This document shows positions 9,747 through 19,886 of a stretch of DNA of 29,635 nt, one piece after another. The notes below the pieces were generated by a model that saw only the letters and a program-made list of their open reading frames with translations, was not told where the DNA came from and made no database searches. Each line of letters begins with the position of its first letter. The first letter of the stretch is position 1. The translations under genes and the position numbers were made by a program. The stretch comes from Bdellovibrionota bacterium (GTDB taxonomy: Bacteria; Bdellovibrionota_C; UBA2361; CALJRW01). The stretch spans positions 1 through 29,635 of the forward strand of contig JBGSMD010000056.1 of assembly GCA_041740355.1 (NCBI GenBank). The letters are read 5' to 3'.

Positions 9747-11191
9747 TCCATTAACTTTTCAAGTTCAGATTTTAAAGCTTCATTGGCTAGTTTCGGATTA
9801 GCTTTGCCACCGCTGTTTTTCATGACTTGTCCGACCAGGAATCCAAAGACTTGTTCTTTACCGGCTAAGTAATCACGCACCTGATCAGGGCACTCGCTGA
9901 TAACCTTTTGAATTATGCTGACAATTTCTTTCGGATCGCTCACTTGTTTTAAGCCTTTCTCTTGAATAATTAAGGCGGCCGTTTTTGATGTTTCAAACAT
10001 TACTTCGAAAACATCTTTGGCCATCTTGCCACTTAAAACATCTTGATCGATTAACTTGATTAATAGACCAAGGTCTTTAGCACTCACTGGAGATTCTTTT
10101 AAGCTTTTGCCACTTTTGTTTAGTAATCCAAAAAGCTCAGAGGTCATCCAGTTGCAGGCCAGCTTGGCATTTTTACAAGCATTATAAACTTCTTCGTAAA
10201 ACTCTAAGTTTTCTCGCTCTGAGGTTATCAGGCTTGCGTCATAATCAGTTAGTCCATAGCTTTCTACCAATTCTACTTTCTTCTGATGGGGCAGGATTGG
10301 TAATTTACTTCGTATGTCTTGAATCCAAGACTCTTCAATGTGTAATGGTGGAAGATCAGGATCGGGGAAATAACGATAATCCGCAGCGCCTTCTTTCCCG
10401 CGCATAGAACGAGTAGTTTCCGTAGCACTGTCAAAAAGCCTAGTCTCTTGAAAAATCACGCCACCTTCTTTTAAGATTTTTAACTGACGGGTGGCTTCGT
10501 AGAAAATAGCTTTTTCTACGAATTTGAAGGAGTTGATGTTTTTAATTTCAGTTCTTGTTCCGAACTTTAAAGAACCACGGGGGCGTAAGGAAATATTGGC
10601 ATCACAACGCAGACTTCCCTCTTCCATATTGCCATCTCCGATTCCTAAGAAGCGAATGATTTGGCGAATGCCCCGCAGGTAAACAGAGGCTTCTTCTGGC
10701 GAGCGCAAGTCTGGCTCCGAAACAATTTCCAAAAGTGGAACACCGGCTCGGTTTAAATCTACTAGCGAGGCATTAGTGCGACTATCATGAATATTTTTAC
10801 CAGCATCTTCTTCCATGTGAATTCGAGTGATGCCAATGTTTCTAACCACTTCATCCACTGTTATATTTAAGTGTCCGTGTTCACAAATCGGTTCTTCAAA
10901 CTGAGAAATTTGGTAGCCTTTTGGTAAGTCGGGGTAGAAATAATGTTTACGAGCAAAGCGGTTGTAATTTCTTATTTGGCAATTTAAGGCCAAGCCTAAT
11001 TTAATAGCCGATTCGATTACGGTTTTATTAGGTACAGGTAAGCAGCCGGGAAGACCCATCGTTACTGAATCAACGTGAGAGTTTGGATTTCCTCCAAAGG
11101 TAGCACTGGCACCCGAGAAAATTTTAGAATGAGTTGCTAACTGTGCGTGGACTTCTAAGCCAACTACTATTTCGTAATCTTCAATAAACAT
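9743..11191 (-). CDS. gatB: Asp/Glu-tRNA amidotransferase subunit B
   Basis: VGLEVHAQL, RKHYFYPDLPKGYQISQ, IHMEEDAGK, DLNRAGVPLLEIVSEP, GSLRCDANIS and DYRYFPDPDLP. Confidence 0.98.
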   Translation of the reverse strand: MFIEDYEIVVGLEVHAQLATHSKIFSGASATFGGNPNSHVDSVTMGLPGCLPVPNKTVIESAIKLGLALNCQIRNYNRFARKHYFYPDLPKGYQISQFEEPICEHGHLNITVDEVVRNIGITRIHMEEDAGKNIHDSRTNASLVDLNRAGVPLLEIVSEPDLRSPEEASVYLRGIRQIIRFLGIGDGNMEEGSLRCDANISLRPRGSLKFGTRTEIKNINSFKFVEKAIFYEATRQLKILKEGGVIFQETRLFDSATETTRSMRGKEGAADYRYFPDPDLPPLHIEESWIQDIRSKLPILPHQKKVELVESYGLTDYDASLITSERENLEFYEEVYNACKNAKLACNWMTSELFGLLNKSGKSLKESPVSAKDLGLLIKLIDQDVLSGKMAKDVFEVMFETSKTAALIIQEKGLKQVSDPKEIVSIIQKVISECPDQVRDYLAGKEQVFGFLVGQVMKNSGGKANPKLANEALKSELEKLME

Positions 11192-11200
11192 TTCGTTAAC

Positions 11201-12661
11201 CTATTTGTAACAATTTTTCTTAGACCATTCTGTGCTTTGCTCGTAAGCAAAGGCAGTTTTTAATAAGGTTTCTTCATCCCAAGCTTTGCCAATCAGATGT
11301 AAGCCAATTGGTAAGTTGTTCTGATCAAATCCACAAGGAACACTTAGGGCAGGAAGTCCGGCGAGGTTCACTGGGATCGTGAAAATATCATTTAAATACA
11401 TTTGAATTGGATCGCTCACTCGGGAGTTAAGTTCGAAAGCAGTAGTTGGTGTAACTGGTGAAGCAATTACGTCACAATCTTTAGCAAAAACTCGATCAAA
11501 ATCATTTTTGATTAAGCGACGAACTTTTTGAGCCTTTAAGTAGTAAGCATCGTAGTAACCGGAAGATAATACATAAGTACCCATCATGATCCGGCGCTTA
11601 ACTTCGATTCCAAATCCTTGGGAGCGAGATTCGCAGTAAAGATCTTCTAATGTTTCACAGCCAGTAGCGCGATTTCCAAAACGAATTCCATCAAAGCGAC
11701 CAAGGTTTGAACTAGCCTCAGCAGGGGCAATTATATAATACGTTGGAACAGCATGCTCAGTGTTTGGTAAGCTAACTGGAACAACTGTCGCACCTAGACT
11801 TTCTAGCTGCTTTACAGCATTTTCTACGGCCGTGCGAACTTCCGCTTGAATCCCATCTATAAAATATTCTTTAGGCATCCCAACTCTTAAACCCTTAAGA
11901 TCTTGTCCTAGGTTCTTAGTAAAGTCAGGAGTCTTAAGAGTTACGCTAGTTGCATCTAGCGGATCTTTTCCGCAGAGAGCATTTAACATTATGGCTAGAT
12001 CTTCTATGTTTCCTGCCATTGGACCAACTTGATCTAAGGAGGAAGCGTAAGCCGTAACACCGTAGCGACTAATTCTACCATACGTAGGTTTAATTCCAGT
12101 GATTGAGCAGAAAGAACATGGCTGCCTAATTGATCCACCGGTGTCAGTTCCTAAAGTAGCACGAACTAGTCCAGCGGCAATTACTGCGGCCGATCCCCCA
12201 CTGGATCCTCCCGGAACTTTAGTTTTATCCCAAGGATTTATTACTGGACCAAAGGCGGAGTTCTCATTAGAAGAACCCATCGCGAATTCATCCAGATTGG
12301 TTTTACCTACAATCACGGCATCTTCTGCTAATAATTTTTCAATTACGGTAGCGTTGTATGGGGCAACAAAGTTTTCTAGGAACTTACTGGCACAAGTCGT
12401 TTTAATACCTTTTGTTAAGATCAAATCTTTAATAGCTAGTGGAATTCCGGTTAGAGATTTTACTTCTTTGTTTTTAATCTTTTGATCGGCAGCTTCTGCG
12501 GCGGCTAAAGCAACCTCTGGAGTTATGTTGATAAATGCATTTAGGTCTTGGTGGGAAGCGATTCTTGCTAAAGAATGTTCTGTTAATTCTTTAGAACTAA
12601 ATTCTTTATTATCTAAACCAGTTCTTAGCTGCTTTAAGCTTAATTCATGTAAATTAGACAT
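11201..12661 (-). CDS. gatA: Asp/Glu-tRNA amidotransferase subunit A
   Basis: Amidase signature GKTNLDEFAMGSS, PGGSSGGSAA, GTDTGGSIRQP and GYYDAYYLKAQKVR. Confidence 0.98.
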   Translation of the reverse strand: MSNLHELSLKQLRTGLDNKEFSSKELTEHSLARIASHQDLNAFINITPEVALAAAEAADQKIKNKEVKSLTGIPLAIKDLILTKGIKTTCASKFLENFVAPYNATVIEKLLAEDAVIVGKTNLDEFAMGSSNENSAFGPVINPWDKTKVPGGSSGGSAAVIAAGLVRATLGTDTGGSIRQPCSFCSITGIKPTYGRISRYGVTAYASSLDQVGPMAGNIEDLAIMLNALCGKDPLDATSVTLKTPDFTKNLGQDLKGLRVGMPKEYFIDGIQAEVRTAVENAVKQLESLGATVVPVSLPNTEHAVPTYYIIAPAEASSNLGRFDGIRFGNRATGCETLEDLYCESRSQGFGIEVKRRIMMGTYVLSSGYYDAYYLKAQKVRRLIKNDFDRVFAKDCDVIASPVTPTTAFELNSRVSDPIQMYLNDIFTIPVNLAGLPALSVPCGFDQNNLPIGLHLIGKAWDEETLLKTAFAYEQSTEWSKKNCYK

Positions 12662-12963
12662 TAAGATTCACCCTCAATAATTAATGGGACTCGAATAAAA
12701 GATCCCGAACGATCGGAAGTGTTGAGTAAGGCTTCCTCTGTAGTCATTCCGTTACCACAGACGTCTTCACGGTAGATATTATAACTCTCATGGACATGAG
12801 CGAGGGGTTCAATATTATCGACATTCACCTTACCAAGAGCATCAACGTAACTTAATACATTATTGAAATCGCTGATCATCTGATCAAGGTTTTCTTCTTT
12901 GGTAGATAGGCGCGCCAAAAAAATAATCTTTAGGACTTCTTCTTTACTTAGATTCATGGGCAT
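12661..12963 (-). CDS. gatC: Asp/Glu-tRNA amidotransferase subunit C
   Basis: LSKEEVLKIIFLARL, VLSYVDAL, YRED and FIRVPLII; directly upstream of gatA. Start is ATG 12963 or 12957. Confidence 0.93.
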   Translation of the reverse strand: MPMNLSKEEVLKIIFLARLSTKEENLDQMISDFNNVLSYVDALGKVNVDNIEPLAHVHESYNIYREDVCGNGMTTEEALLNTSDRSGSFIRVPLIIEGES

Positions 12964-12969
12964 AATGAT

Positions 12970-13130
12970 TAAACCCTCCGCAAATCAAATTTGCGGAGGG
13001 CGAGCGTAATCTTGGCTTCAGCCAAGTTACGCCGTAGAAGACAAAACAAATACTCACCGCTGATTTGCGTCGGGTTTGGTAGTATTTTTTACGGCAAAAC
13101 CTGTCTTTGTCAGGATTTTGCTCGCTCACC
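12970..13130. repeat. Multi-hairpin element in the gatC leader: hairpin X plus two inverted R modules around a central hairpin
   Basis: Perfect 12-bp stem CCCTCCGCAAAT/ATTTGCGGAGGG (12974-13000). R at 12998-13035 and inverted R at 13091-13128. Central stem AAATACT...AGTATTT. Confidence 0.75.
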
Positions 13131-13502
13131 TTCTTCTCATTTTTTATCTAAAATGAAACGCGGTGAGTTTATCCTCTGTTGAAAAAAAAGTAAATCTTTA
13201 GGACACTTAGATCGCTTGCCATTTACTAATTGGTAAAAGTTTATTGCTTTGAGAGGCACAGAATAAGGACTGAGATGTTTTTTGGTCAAAATCTGAGCGA
13301 TTTTGTCAGAAGTGTGCGCGACTAGTGTCTCTCCTCTTATACTAAAGCTACGGCGAACAAGCGGGAGGGACAAGCTACCCCCCCCCAATTTAAATTGTCC
13401 TTCTATCGGGTTGATTTAAACCTTGATAAACTTACTTATTATGGGTTATTTAGCCGAAGATGCCTTTAAATCAGCTATTTTTAGCGACTATTTACTCACG
13501 AA

Positions 13503-13519
13503 TGGCATCTTATTTGCCA
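13503..13519 (+). promoter_or_regulatory. Candidate sigma54 (-24/-12) promoter or palindromic operator upstream of sthA
   Basis: TGGCATCTTATTTGC matches TGGCAC-N5-TTGC (GG-N10-GC) with 1 mismatch, about 90 bp before sthA. It is also an inverted repeat, TGGCA-N7-TGCCA. Confidence 0.4.
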
Positions 13520-13605
13520 CTAGGGTATATAGTAAGTCTAACAAGAGTTTTTGGAAGTTTTTTCAAGGGTTACTTCTTGGGTTTACGATAAGTTAAAATA
13601 TTAAA

Positions 13606-15060
13606 ATGAATATTAAATCATCCAACTCCGCATACGACTATGACATGTTAGTCATTGGTTGTGGACCTGGAGGACAAAAGGCTGCGATTCAAGCGGCGAA
13701 GTTAAGAAAAAGAGTTGCTGTGATCGACAGCATGGATCTTGTTGGTGGAAATTGTGTGAACACCTCCACTATTCCTAGTAAGTCTTTTAAAGAAGCAATC
13801 GCATTCTTGTCTGGTTATCGTCAAAGATCGATTTATGGTGCAGGTTACCGAGTTAAGACCAAAATTGAAATGTCAGATTTAACTTATCGTTGTTCCAGAT
13901 TAATTCAAACAGAAGTCGAAGTTATTCGTGATCAACTTCTTCGTAATCACATTGAAATCATGCAAGGCTATGCCACCTTTAAGGATGCGCATACTTTAAC
14001 AATTAGAGAAAGCACAGGACGCTTAGTTGATCATACAGCTGAATTTATTGTGATCGCCACTGGCGCACGTCCTTTTCGTCCAGCAAACATTGCCTTTGAT
14101 GGCGAGAATATTTTTGACAGTGATGACATTTTAACTTTAAAAGAAATCCCAAGAACGATTACAGTTGTCGGTGGTGGAGTAATTGGGACGGAGTATGCTT
14201 CGATGTTTGCGGCTCTGGGAGTTAACGTTACGATTATTGATGGTCGGGATAAGTTACTCGGATTTTTAGATCGTGAGATTATTGATTGTGCCCATTACCA
14301 ATTAAGAAGTATGGGCGTATCGCTTCGACTAGGTGAGAACGTAGAGGAATGTTATGTTCGCGAAGATGGCACTGTTGTGACTCGTTTAAAGAGTGGCAAG
14401 GTAGTTGTTTCCGATTGTGTTTTAGTTTCAGCGGGACGTACTAGTTCAACCCAAAAGATTGGATTGGAAGAGATTGGCATGGTCCTTGGCGATAAAGGTA
14501 AGGTTGAAGTTAATCAGTATTACCAAACTTCGATACCGCATATTTATGCTGTCGGTGATGTTATTGGTTTTCCGGGACTAGCGGCAACGGCCAGTGGTCA
14601 AGGACGATTAGCAGCAGCACATGCTTATGGAATTGCTGATGATGTTTTACAAATTCCTTTACCATTTGGAATTTATTCTATTCCCGAAATTTCCTACGTG
14701 GGCCAAAACGAACAAGAATTAACGGAGCAGAATATTCCATATGAAACAGGGATAGCTCGTTTCCGTGAAATTGTTCGTGGGCAAATCCTAGGTGATGAAG
14801 ATGGGATGTTAAAAGTTCTTTTCCACCGCGAGACAAAGGACATTCTTGGTGTCCACATTATAGGTGAGTTTGCGACGGAGTTAATTCATATTGGGCAAGC
14901 GGCGATGTCTTTAAAAGGGGGACTCCACTACCTAAGAGATGCTGTCTTTAATTACCCGACACTTGCGGAGTGCTATAAAGTAGCAGCTTTCGATGGTTAT
15001 AATAAGATTCGTGTAGCGGGTGGTTCTATTAAGCGACGTAGCGAAAGCATTCCAATGTAA
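13606..15060 (+). CDS. sthA: Soluble NAD(P)+ transhydrogenase (Si-specific)
   Basis: IGCGPGGQKAAIQAAK, GGNCVNTSTIPSKS (no CxxxxC), GGGVIGTEYASMF, GDVIGFPGLA, ATELIHIGQ and FNYPTLAECYKVAA. Confidence 0.93.
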   Translation: MNIKSSNSAYDYDMLVIGCGPGGQKAAIQAAKLRKRVAVIDSMDLVGGNCVNTSTIPSKSFKEAIAFLSGYRQRSIYGAGYRVKTKIEMSDLTYRCSRLIQTEVEVIRDQLLRNHIEIMQGYATFKDAHTLTIRESTGRLVDHTAEFIVIATGARPFRPANIAFDGENIFDSDDILTLKEIPRTITVVGGGVIGTEYASMFAALGVNVTIIDGRDKLLGFLDREIIDCAHYQLRSMGVSLRLGENVEECYVREDGTVVTRLKSGKVVVSDCVLVSAGRTSSTQKIGLEEIGMVLGDKGKVEVNQYYQTSIPHIYAVGDVIGFPGLAATASGQGRLAAAHAYGIADDVLQIPLPFGIYSIPEISYVGQNEQELTEQNIPYETGIARFREIVRGQILGDEDGMLKVLFHRETKDILGVHIIGEFATELIHIGQAAMSLKGGLHYLRDAVFNYPTLAECYKVAAFDGYNKIRVAGGSIKRRSESIPM

Positions 15061-15301
15061 ATCTGAATTTTGATAAGCTTTGTATTACAAAAGTTGAACT
15101 CTTTGGAATTATTTTAAAAATTCATAAATTGGTACTGACAGGGACTTGTTTTACACACCGCCATTCTATTTAAGATTTTTATTAGCACCCCACAATTAAA
15201 AAATCTTCCATTTCTACTACTAAATTTTATTCAAAAGTCAGGTTATAAAGAAACTTTTCATTTTACAATTCGTAAAGTGATTGGCTCATTTCAATTAGCC
15301 T

Positions 15302-16630
15302 ATGACGCACAAAGTTTTACTTATTGATGACGATCTTCAGGCACTTGTGCTGGGTGAGATGTCTTTGCGACAAAGCTTACCAAATATTCAATTACTAGTT
15401 GCCGCAAATTCTGCTGCAGCCGTAAATATTATCTTATCTGAAAAGCCGGAAGTTGTTGTCTTAGATTTATGTTTAGAACCGCTTTCGGGAGTTCAGGGAG
15501 GGTTTGATTTATTATCAAAATGCTTTCAACTGGATTCCACAATGCGAGTAATTGTGATGACTGGCTATTCTCACGAAGATTATGGCATTAGGGCAATTCG
15601 CTCAGGGGCGGCCAGCTTTTTATGTAAGCCTTTTTCATACCAACACTTAGCCGTTTTAATTAGCGATGGAATTGAACAGTCTAAATTAAAGCGTGCCTAT
15701 CAGGCAACAATAGATTCTAAAAAACTAAAACTAGCTAAAAAAATTATTGGGCCTAGTGTATTTAATCAGGGCTTAAGCGAGTCATTAAGCTTTGCTAGCA
15801 AAAGTAATCAGTCAGTTTTAATTACTGGTGAAACTGGGAGCGGCAAAGGCTTTTGTGCCGAGCTAATTCATCAGTTTAGTAATCGAGCGGAGCAGAAATT
15901 TGTGCGACTCCAACCAATTTTTTCTAATGCTGACATTGTCAGCAGTGAGCTTTTTGGTCATCAAAAGGGCTCTTTCACTGGAGCAATACTTTCTCGACCC
16001 GGACTATTTCAAGAGGCTCATTTAGGAACATTGTTTCTGGACGAAGTGGATGCTTTTCCAGAAGAGATTCAAGTTTCACTTCTGGGAGTCCTGCAAAATA
16101 AAAAATTTCGTGCGATTGGCGCAAATCAGGAGCAAGCTTCTGACTTTCGTTTAATTTCCGCCAGTAATCAGCCAATTGAAGCGCTCTTAGAACAAAAGAA
16201 ATTTCGGGCAGATTTATATTTTAGGATTGCCGGCTTTCAGATTCACCTAATTCCACTTCGAGACCGTAAGGAAGATATTCCTGATTTAGTATTCGCTTTT
16301 TTGGATGAGGGATTTTCAATTGCTGGGAATGCTCTAAAGAAACTATTAGCCTATGATTGGCCGGGAAACATTAGAGAATTAGAAAACGTAATTAAGAATG
16401 CCATTAGTTCTTTACAGTATTCGGGGCGCCAGGAAATATTGGCAACAGATTTCAGTTTAGGCTATTTAATCAATAATCAGCTGCCCCTAAATTTTCAAGA
16501 AAAAGTTCAACAATACAAAAGTCGTTTAGTGAAAGAAGCATTGCTACAAAATAGCAATTCGCAAGTTAAGGCAGCTCAGATCTTGGGAATTGATCGCTCC
16601 ACCTTGCGTAAGATTATTGAGGGGCAATAA
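15302..16630 (+). CDS. Sigma54-dependent response regulator (NtrC family; REC-AAA-Fis HTH)
   Basis: REC domain (LLIDDD, VVLDL, CKPF), GETGSGKG, SELFGHQKGSFTGA, LFLDEV, FRADLYFRI, WPGNIRELEN and HTH AAQILGIDRSTLRK. Confidence 0.93.
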   Translation: MTHKVLLIDDDLQALVLGEMSLRQSLPNIQLLVAANSAAAVNIILSEKPEVVVLDLCLEPLSGVQGGFDLLSKCFQLDSTMRVIVMTGYSHEDYGIRAIRSGAASFLCKPFSYQHLAVLISDGIEQSKLKRAYQATIDSKKLKLAKKIIGPSVFNQGLSESLSFASKSNQSVLITGETGSGKGFCAELIHQFSNRAEQKFVRLQPIFSNADIVSSELFGHQKGSFTGAILSRPGLFQEAHLGTLFLDEVDAFPEEIQVSLLGVLQNKKFRAIGANQEQASDFRLISASNQPIEALLEQKKFRADLYFRIAGFQIHLIPLRDRKEDIPDLVFAFLDEGFSIAGNALKKLLAYDWPGNIRELENVIKNAISSLQYSGRQEILATDFSLGYLINNQLPLNFQEKVQQYKSRLVKEALLQNSNSQVKAAQILGIDRSTLRKIIEGQ

Positions 16631-16656
16631 ACATCAAAAAATTAGTACTTAATATT

Positions 16657-16956
16657 TTAAGTTATCTTTGTCCAAAAAGACAGACTCTCCAGTAGGGTTT
16701 CGATTCCACTCTCTCGTTCTCGAGTTGTGTCAGCTATTTCGACAATCATTGTTGAGCCTTTTGTGATGCCGGCAGTGATCAATGACATAATCGAGAGTGC
16801 CACATTAGAATTATGATAAAAAATCTTTGTAGGTAATGTCGTGTTTCGAATCTCAATATTCACGTCTTGGATTTTATGAATAGCCTGTACTAGATCGTGA
16901 GCAGGTCGGATATGAAGCCCATGCGGATCTGTTATTTCAAAACTTAAAGCCTTCAT
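16657..16956 (-). CDS. HPr-family phosphocarrier protein (divergent)
   Basis: His15 motif HGLHIRPA, Ser46-like ALSIMSL and GITKGSTM; 99 aa. Confidence 0.75.
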   Translation of the reverse strand: MKALSFEITDPHGLHIRPAHDLVQAIHKIQDVNIEIRNTTLPTKIFYHNSNVALSIMSLITAGITKGSTMIVEIADTTRERESGIETLLESLSFWTKIT

Positions 16957-17355
16957 TTGTCTACTAAATAATAATTTCTATGAAATTAACATACATTTAT
17001 TTTTTGCCTAAGCAAATTTGGGGGAGGCTTTTGACTCCGAAAATTTCTTAATTTTTATCAGTAATATTTAGTATCTAATTACCGGAGAATTCTGGTTTTT
17101 TGATCAATATTTGGTGCTTAAAACAGAAGAAAAAACTTTGCTAATTCAGTCATTTTAGGCTAATTATATTGAGCCTAGAAAAGGATCTTTTTTTGCAATT
17201 AAGAAACTTTGCTAGGTTCCCTATTTACTTTGTTTATAAGCATTTTAACTTGGAAATTCGACTTGGCGAAAGCTTCGGCGTGATAGTTCTCTAAGATTAG
17301 AATTGGCCGTAATGGCCCCTTTAATTTCCTTTCGGAAAATCTATTCAGTCATTAC

Positions 17356-17383
17356 TATATTAGCACTATTATATTAGCACTAT
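17356..17383 (+). repeat. Perfect 14-bp tandem duplication at the gyrA start
   Basis: TATATTAGCACTAT at 17356-17369 and 17370-17383; the second copy supplies the AT of the ATG. Confidence 0.9.
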
Positions 17384-19886
17384 GGAAGAAGATAAAAATA
17401 TCAGTATTATTAATATCGGACAGGAAATGAAGCAGTCCTATATGGACTATGCAATGAGCGTAATTATCGGTCGTGCCCTTCCTGATGTTCGCGATGGATT
17501 AAAGCCGGTACAACGGCGAGTTCTCTATGCGATGCACTCAGAGGGTTTAATCAGCACACGCAAAACTTCGAAGTGCGCCGGGGTTGTTGGTGAGGTTTTA
17601 AAGAAACTTCACCCGCATGGTGATAGCTCTGTTTATGATGCCTTGGTTCACTTAGTTCAACCTTGGTCCAAGCGAATGCCGCTAATTGATGGTCAAGGAA
17701 ACTTTGGTTCGATCGATGGTGATTCCCCTGCTGCTTATCGTTATACAGAATGTCGTTTGTCGCCACTTGGTGAGTCATTGCTTACTGACATCGAACAAAA
17801 AACAGTTGATTTCATTCCTAACTTTGATGATAGCACCGAAGAGCCAACTGTCCTTCCTGCTATTTGGCCCAACCTTTTAGTTAATGGCGCTGACGGTATT
17901 GCCGTTGGTATGGCCACACACATCCCTCCTCATAATTTGGTAGAAGTAATTAATGCCACGATCGGTTTAATAGAAAATCCTGAAATAACTTTTGAAGAAT
18001 TAGTTCGTCATATTCCTGGACCTGATTTTCCAACGGGTGGAATTATTTCTGGCACAGGTCAAATCATGTCGGCCTATCGTACTGGCCGCGGAATCTTAAG
18101 AGTTTCTGCAAAAACACATTTTGAAACATTAAAACGTAAGAGTCGAGAAGTGGAAGCAATTATCGCCACTGAAATCCCTTATCAAGTTAACAAGAAGCGC
18201 TTAATCGAAAAAATCGCCGAGTTAGTAAATGATAAAAAAATTGAAGGGATTAGTAATCTGCGAGATGAGTCTGATCGTGAAGGCTTAAGAATTGTAATTG
18301 AGTTAAAACGTGATGCTACTTCGGAAGTAGTTTTAAATCAGTTATTAAAGTTAACCCCTTTAAGAAGCAGTTTTGGTGTAATCAACTTAGCGATTGTAGA
18401 TGGTCGTCCAGTTGTTTGTACCTTAAGACAAATGATTAGCTACTTCGTTGATCATCGTCGTTCTGTAATTGCTCGTCGCACACAGTTCCAATTAAATAAT
18501 GCTGAAAAACGCTTGCATGTCTTAGAAGGGTTTATTATTGCCCTAGCTAATTTGGATGAAGTCATCGATTTAATTAAGAAGTCAGATTCTCCGGCCGATG
18601 CTCGAGAGAATTTAATTGCTAAATATCAGTTGTCTGCTATTCAGGCACAAGCAATCTTAGATTTAAGATTACAAAAATTAACAGGCTTGGAGAGATTAGC
18701 AATTGAGAATGAGCATGCTGCCTTAGTTAAGGAGATTGAAAGATTGCATTCAATCTTGGGAGATCCAAAACAAATCGATGGGATTATTGTTGCAGAATTA
18801 GCAGAGGCAAAGAACAAATATGGGGAGGCCCGCCGCACTTTAATTGAAGAGGCTGTCGGTGATGATTTTGTTTTGGAAGATTTAATAGAGAACGTGGAAA
18901 TGGCTGTTACTGTAAGTAATAAAGGCTATGTTAAACGGACTAACTTGGATAATTACCGAGCGCAAAAGCGTGGTGGGAAAGGAGTTTCAGGAACATCTTC
19001 TAATGCTGACGATGACGACTTTACGCAACATTTCTTTGTTGCTGAAACTCATAATTTCATGTTGATTTTTACATCTAGTGGTCGACTATACTGGTTAAAA
19101 GTTTATGAAATTCCAGAAGCAGGAAGAACCGCGAAGGGTCGTAACCTGATTAATCTACTTGATTTAAAAGATGATGAAGAACAAATTACTGCAGTCTTGC
19201 CAGTAAAAGTATTTTCTGATGATCAGTATGTTGTGATGGCTACTGACCAAGGGGCTATCAAGCGTATCGAATTGTCGGCATTTAGTAAGCCTCGCAAAGG
19301 TGGAATTGTTGCTTGTACATTAAAAGAAAATGAAAAGTTAGTCGGTGTGGAGCTTTCTAAGACTGGCGATGATATTTTAATGTCGGCTGCTAGCGGTAAA
19401 GCAATTCGTTTTAACTCTGATGATGTTCGTGACATGGGTCGAACAGCTCGTGGTGTTCGGGGCTTAAAGATTTCGGCGACAGATAGTCTTGTCGGAATTA
19501 AAGTCTTGTCATTAGCTGACGAAGAATCTAAATGTAATACACTACTTACTGTTTGTGAGAATGGTTATGGTAAACGAACACTCCTTTCTGAATATCGCCA
19601 GCAAGGTCGTGGTGGTAAAGGTGTGATTGATATTCAAACTGATGAACGCAATGGATCTGTTGTGGGGATTGCAATTGTTGGTGATGAGAGTGAAGTTATG
19701 TTGATGACTTCCGGTGGTAAAGTAATCCGGATGAAAGTTGCTGGTATTTCGGTTGTAGGAAGGAATACAAAAGGAGTTCGAATGGTCAGCTTAGATCAAG
19801 ATGAAAAAGTATTGGCACTTGCTAGTATGGCGGAAAGTTCTGAGGTGATTGAAACAATTGATGCTAGTGAGCCAGAAGTTGAGTAA
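17382..19886 (+). CDS. gyrA: DNA gyrase subunit A
   Basis: [34 protein letters not shown], catalytic AAYRYTE, GyrA-box QKRGGKG and C-terminal beta-pinwheel repeats. Confidence 0.97.
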   Translation: MEEDKNISIINIGQEMKQSYMDYAMSVIIGRALPDVRDGLKPVQRRVLYAMHSEGLISTRKTSKCAGVVGEVLKKLHPHGDSSVYDALVHLVQPWSKRMPLIDGQGNFGSIDGDSPAAYRYTECRLSPLGESLLTDIEQKTVDFIPNFDDSTEEPTVLPAIWPNLLVNGADGIAVGMATHIPPHNLVEVINATIGLIENPEITFEELVRHIPGPDFPTGGIISGTGQIMSAYRTGRGILRVSAKTHFETLKRKSREVEAIIATEIPYQVNKKRLIEKIAELVNDKKIEGISNLRDESDREGLRIVIELKRDATSEVVLNQLLKLTPLRSSFGVINLAIVDGRPVVCTLRQMISYFVDHRRSVIARRTQFQLNNAEKRLHVLEGFIIALANLDEVIDLIKKSDSPADARENLIAKYQLSAIQAQAILDLRLQKLTGLERLAIENEHAALVKEIERLHSILGDPKQIDGIIVAELAEAKNKYGEARRTLIEEAVGDDFVLEDLIENVEMAVTVSNKGYVKRTNLDNYRAQKRGGKGVSGTSSNADDDDFTQHFFVAETHNFMLIFTSSGRLYWLKVYEIPEAGRTAKGRNLINLLDLKDDEEQITAVLPVKVFSDDQYVVMATDQGAIKRIELSAFSKPRKGGIVACTLKENEKLVGVELSKTGDDILMSAASGKAIRFNSDDVRDMGRTARGVRGLKISATDSLVGIKVLSLADEESKCNTLLTVCENGYGKRTLLSEYRQQGRGGKGVIDIQTDERNGSVVGIAIVGDESEVMLMTSGGKVIRMKVAGISVVGRNTKGVRMVSLDQDEKVLALASMAESSEVIETIDASEPEVE

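Noticed and set aside
12944-13388. Short ORFs 12944-13129, 12991-13182 and 13137-13388
   Set aside because: Non-ATG starts, no recognisable motifs, and two of them run through the hairpin element.
12960-13400. T-box riboswitch upstream of gatCAB
   Set aside because: No UGGNACC antiterminator bulge or stem I motifs found on the gatC strand.
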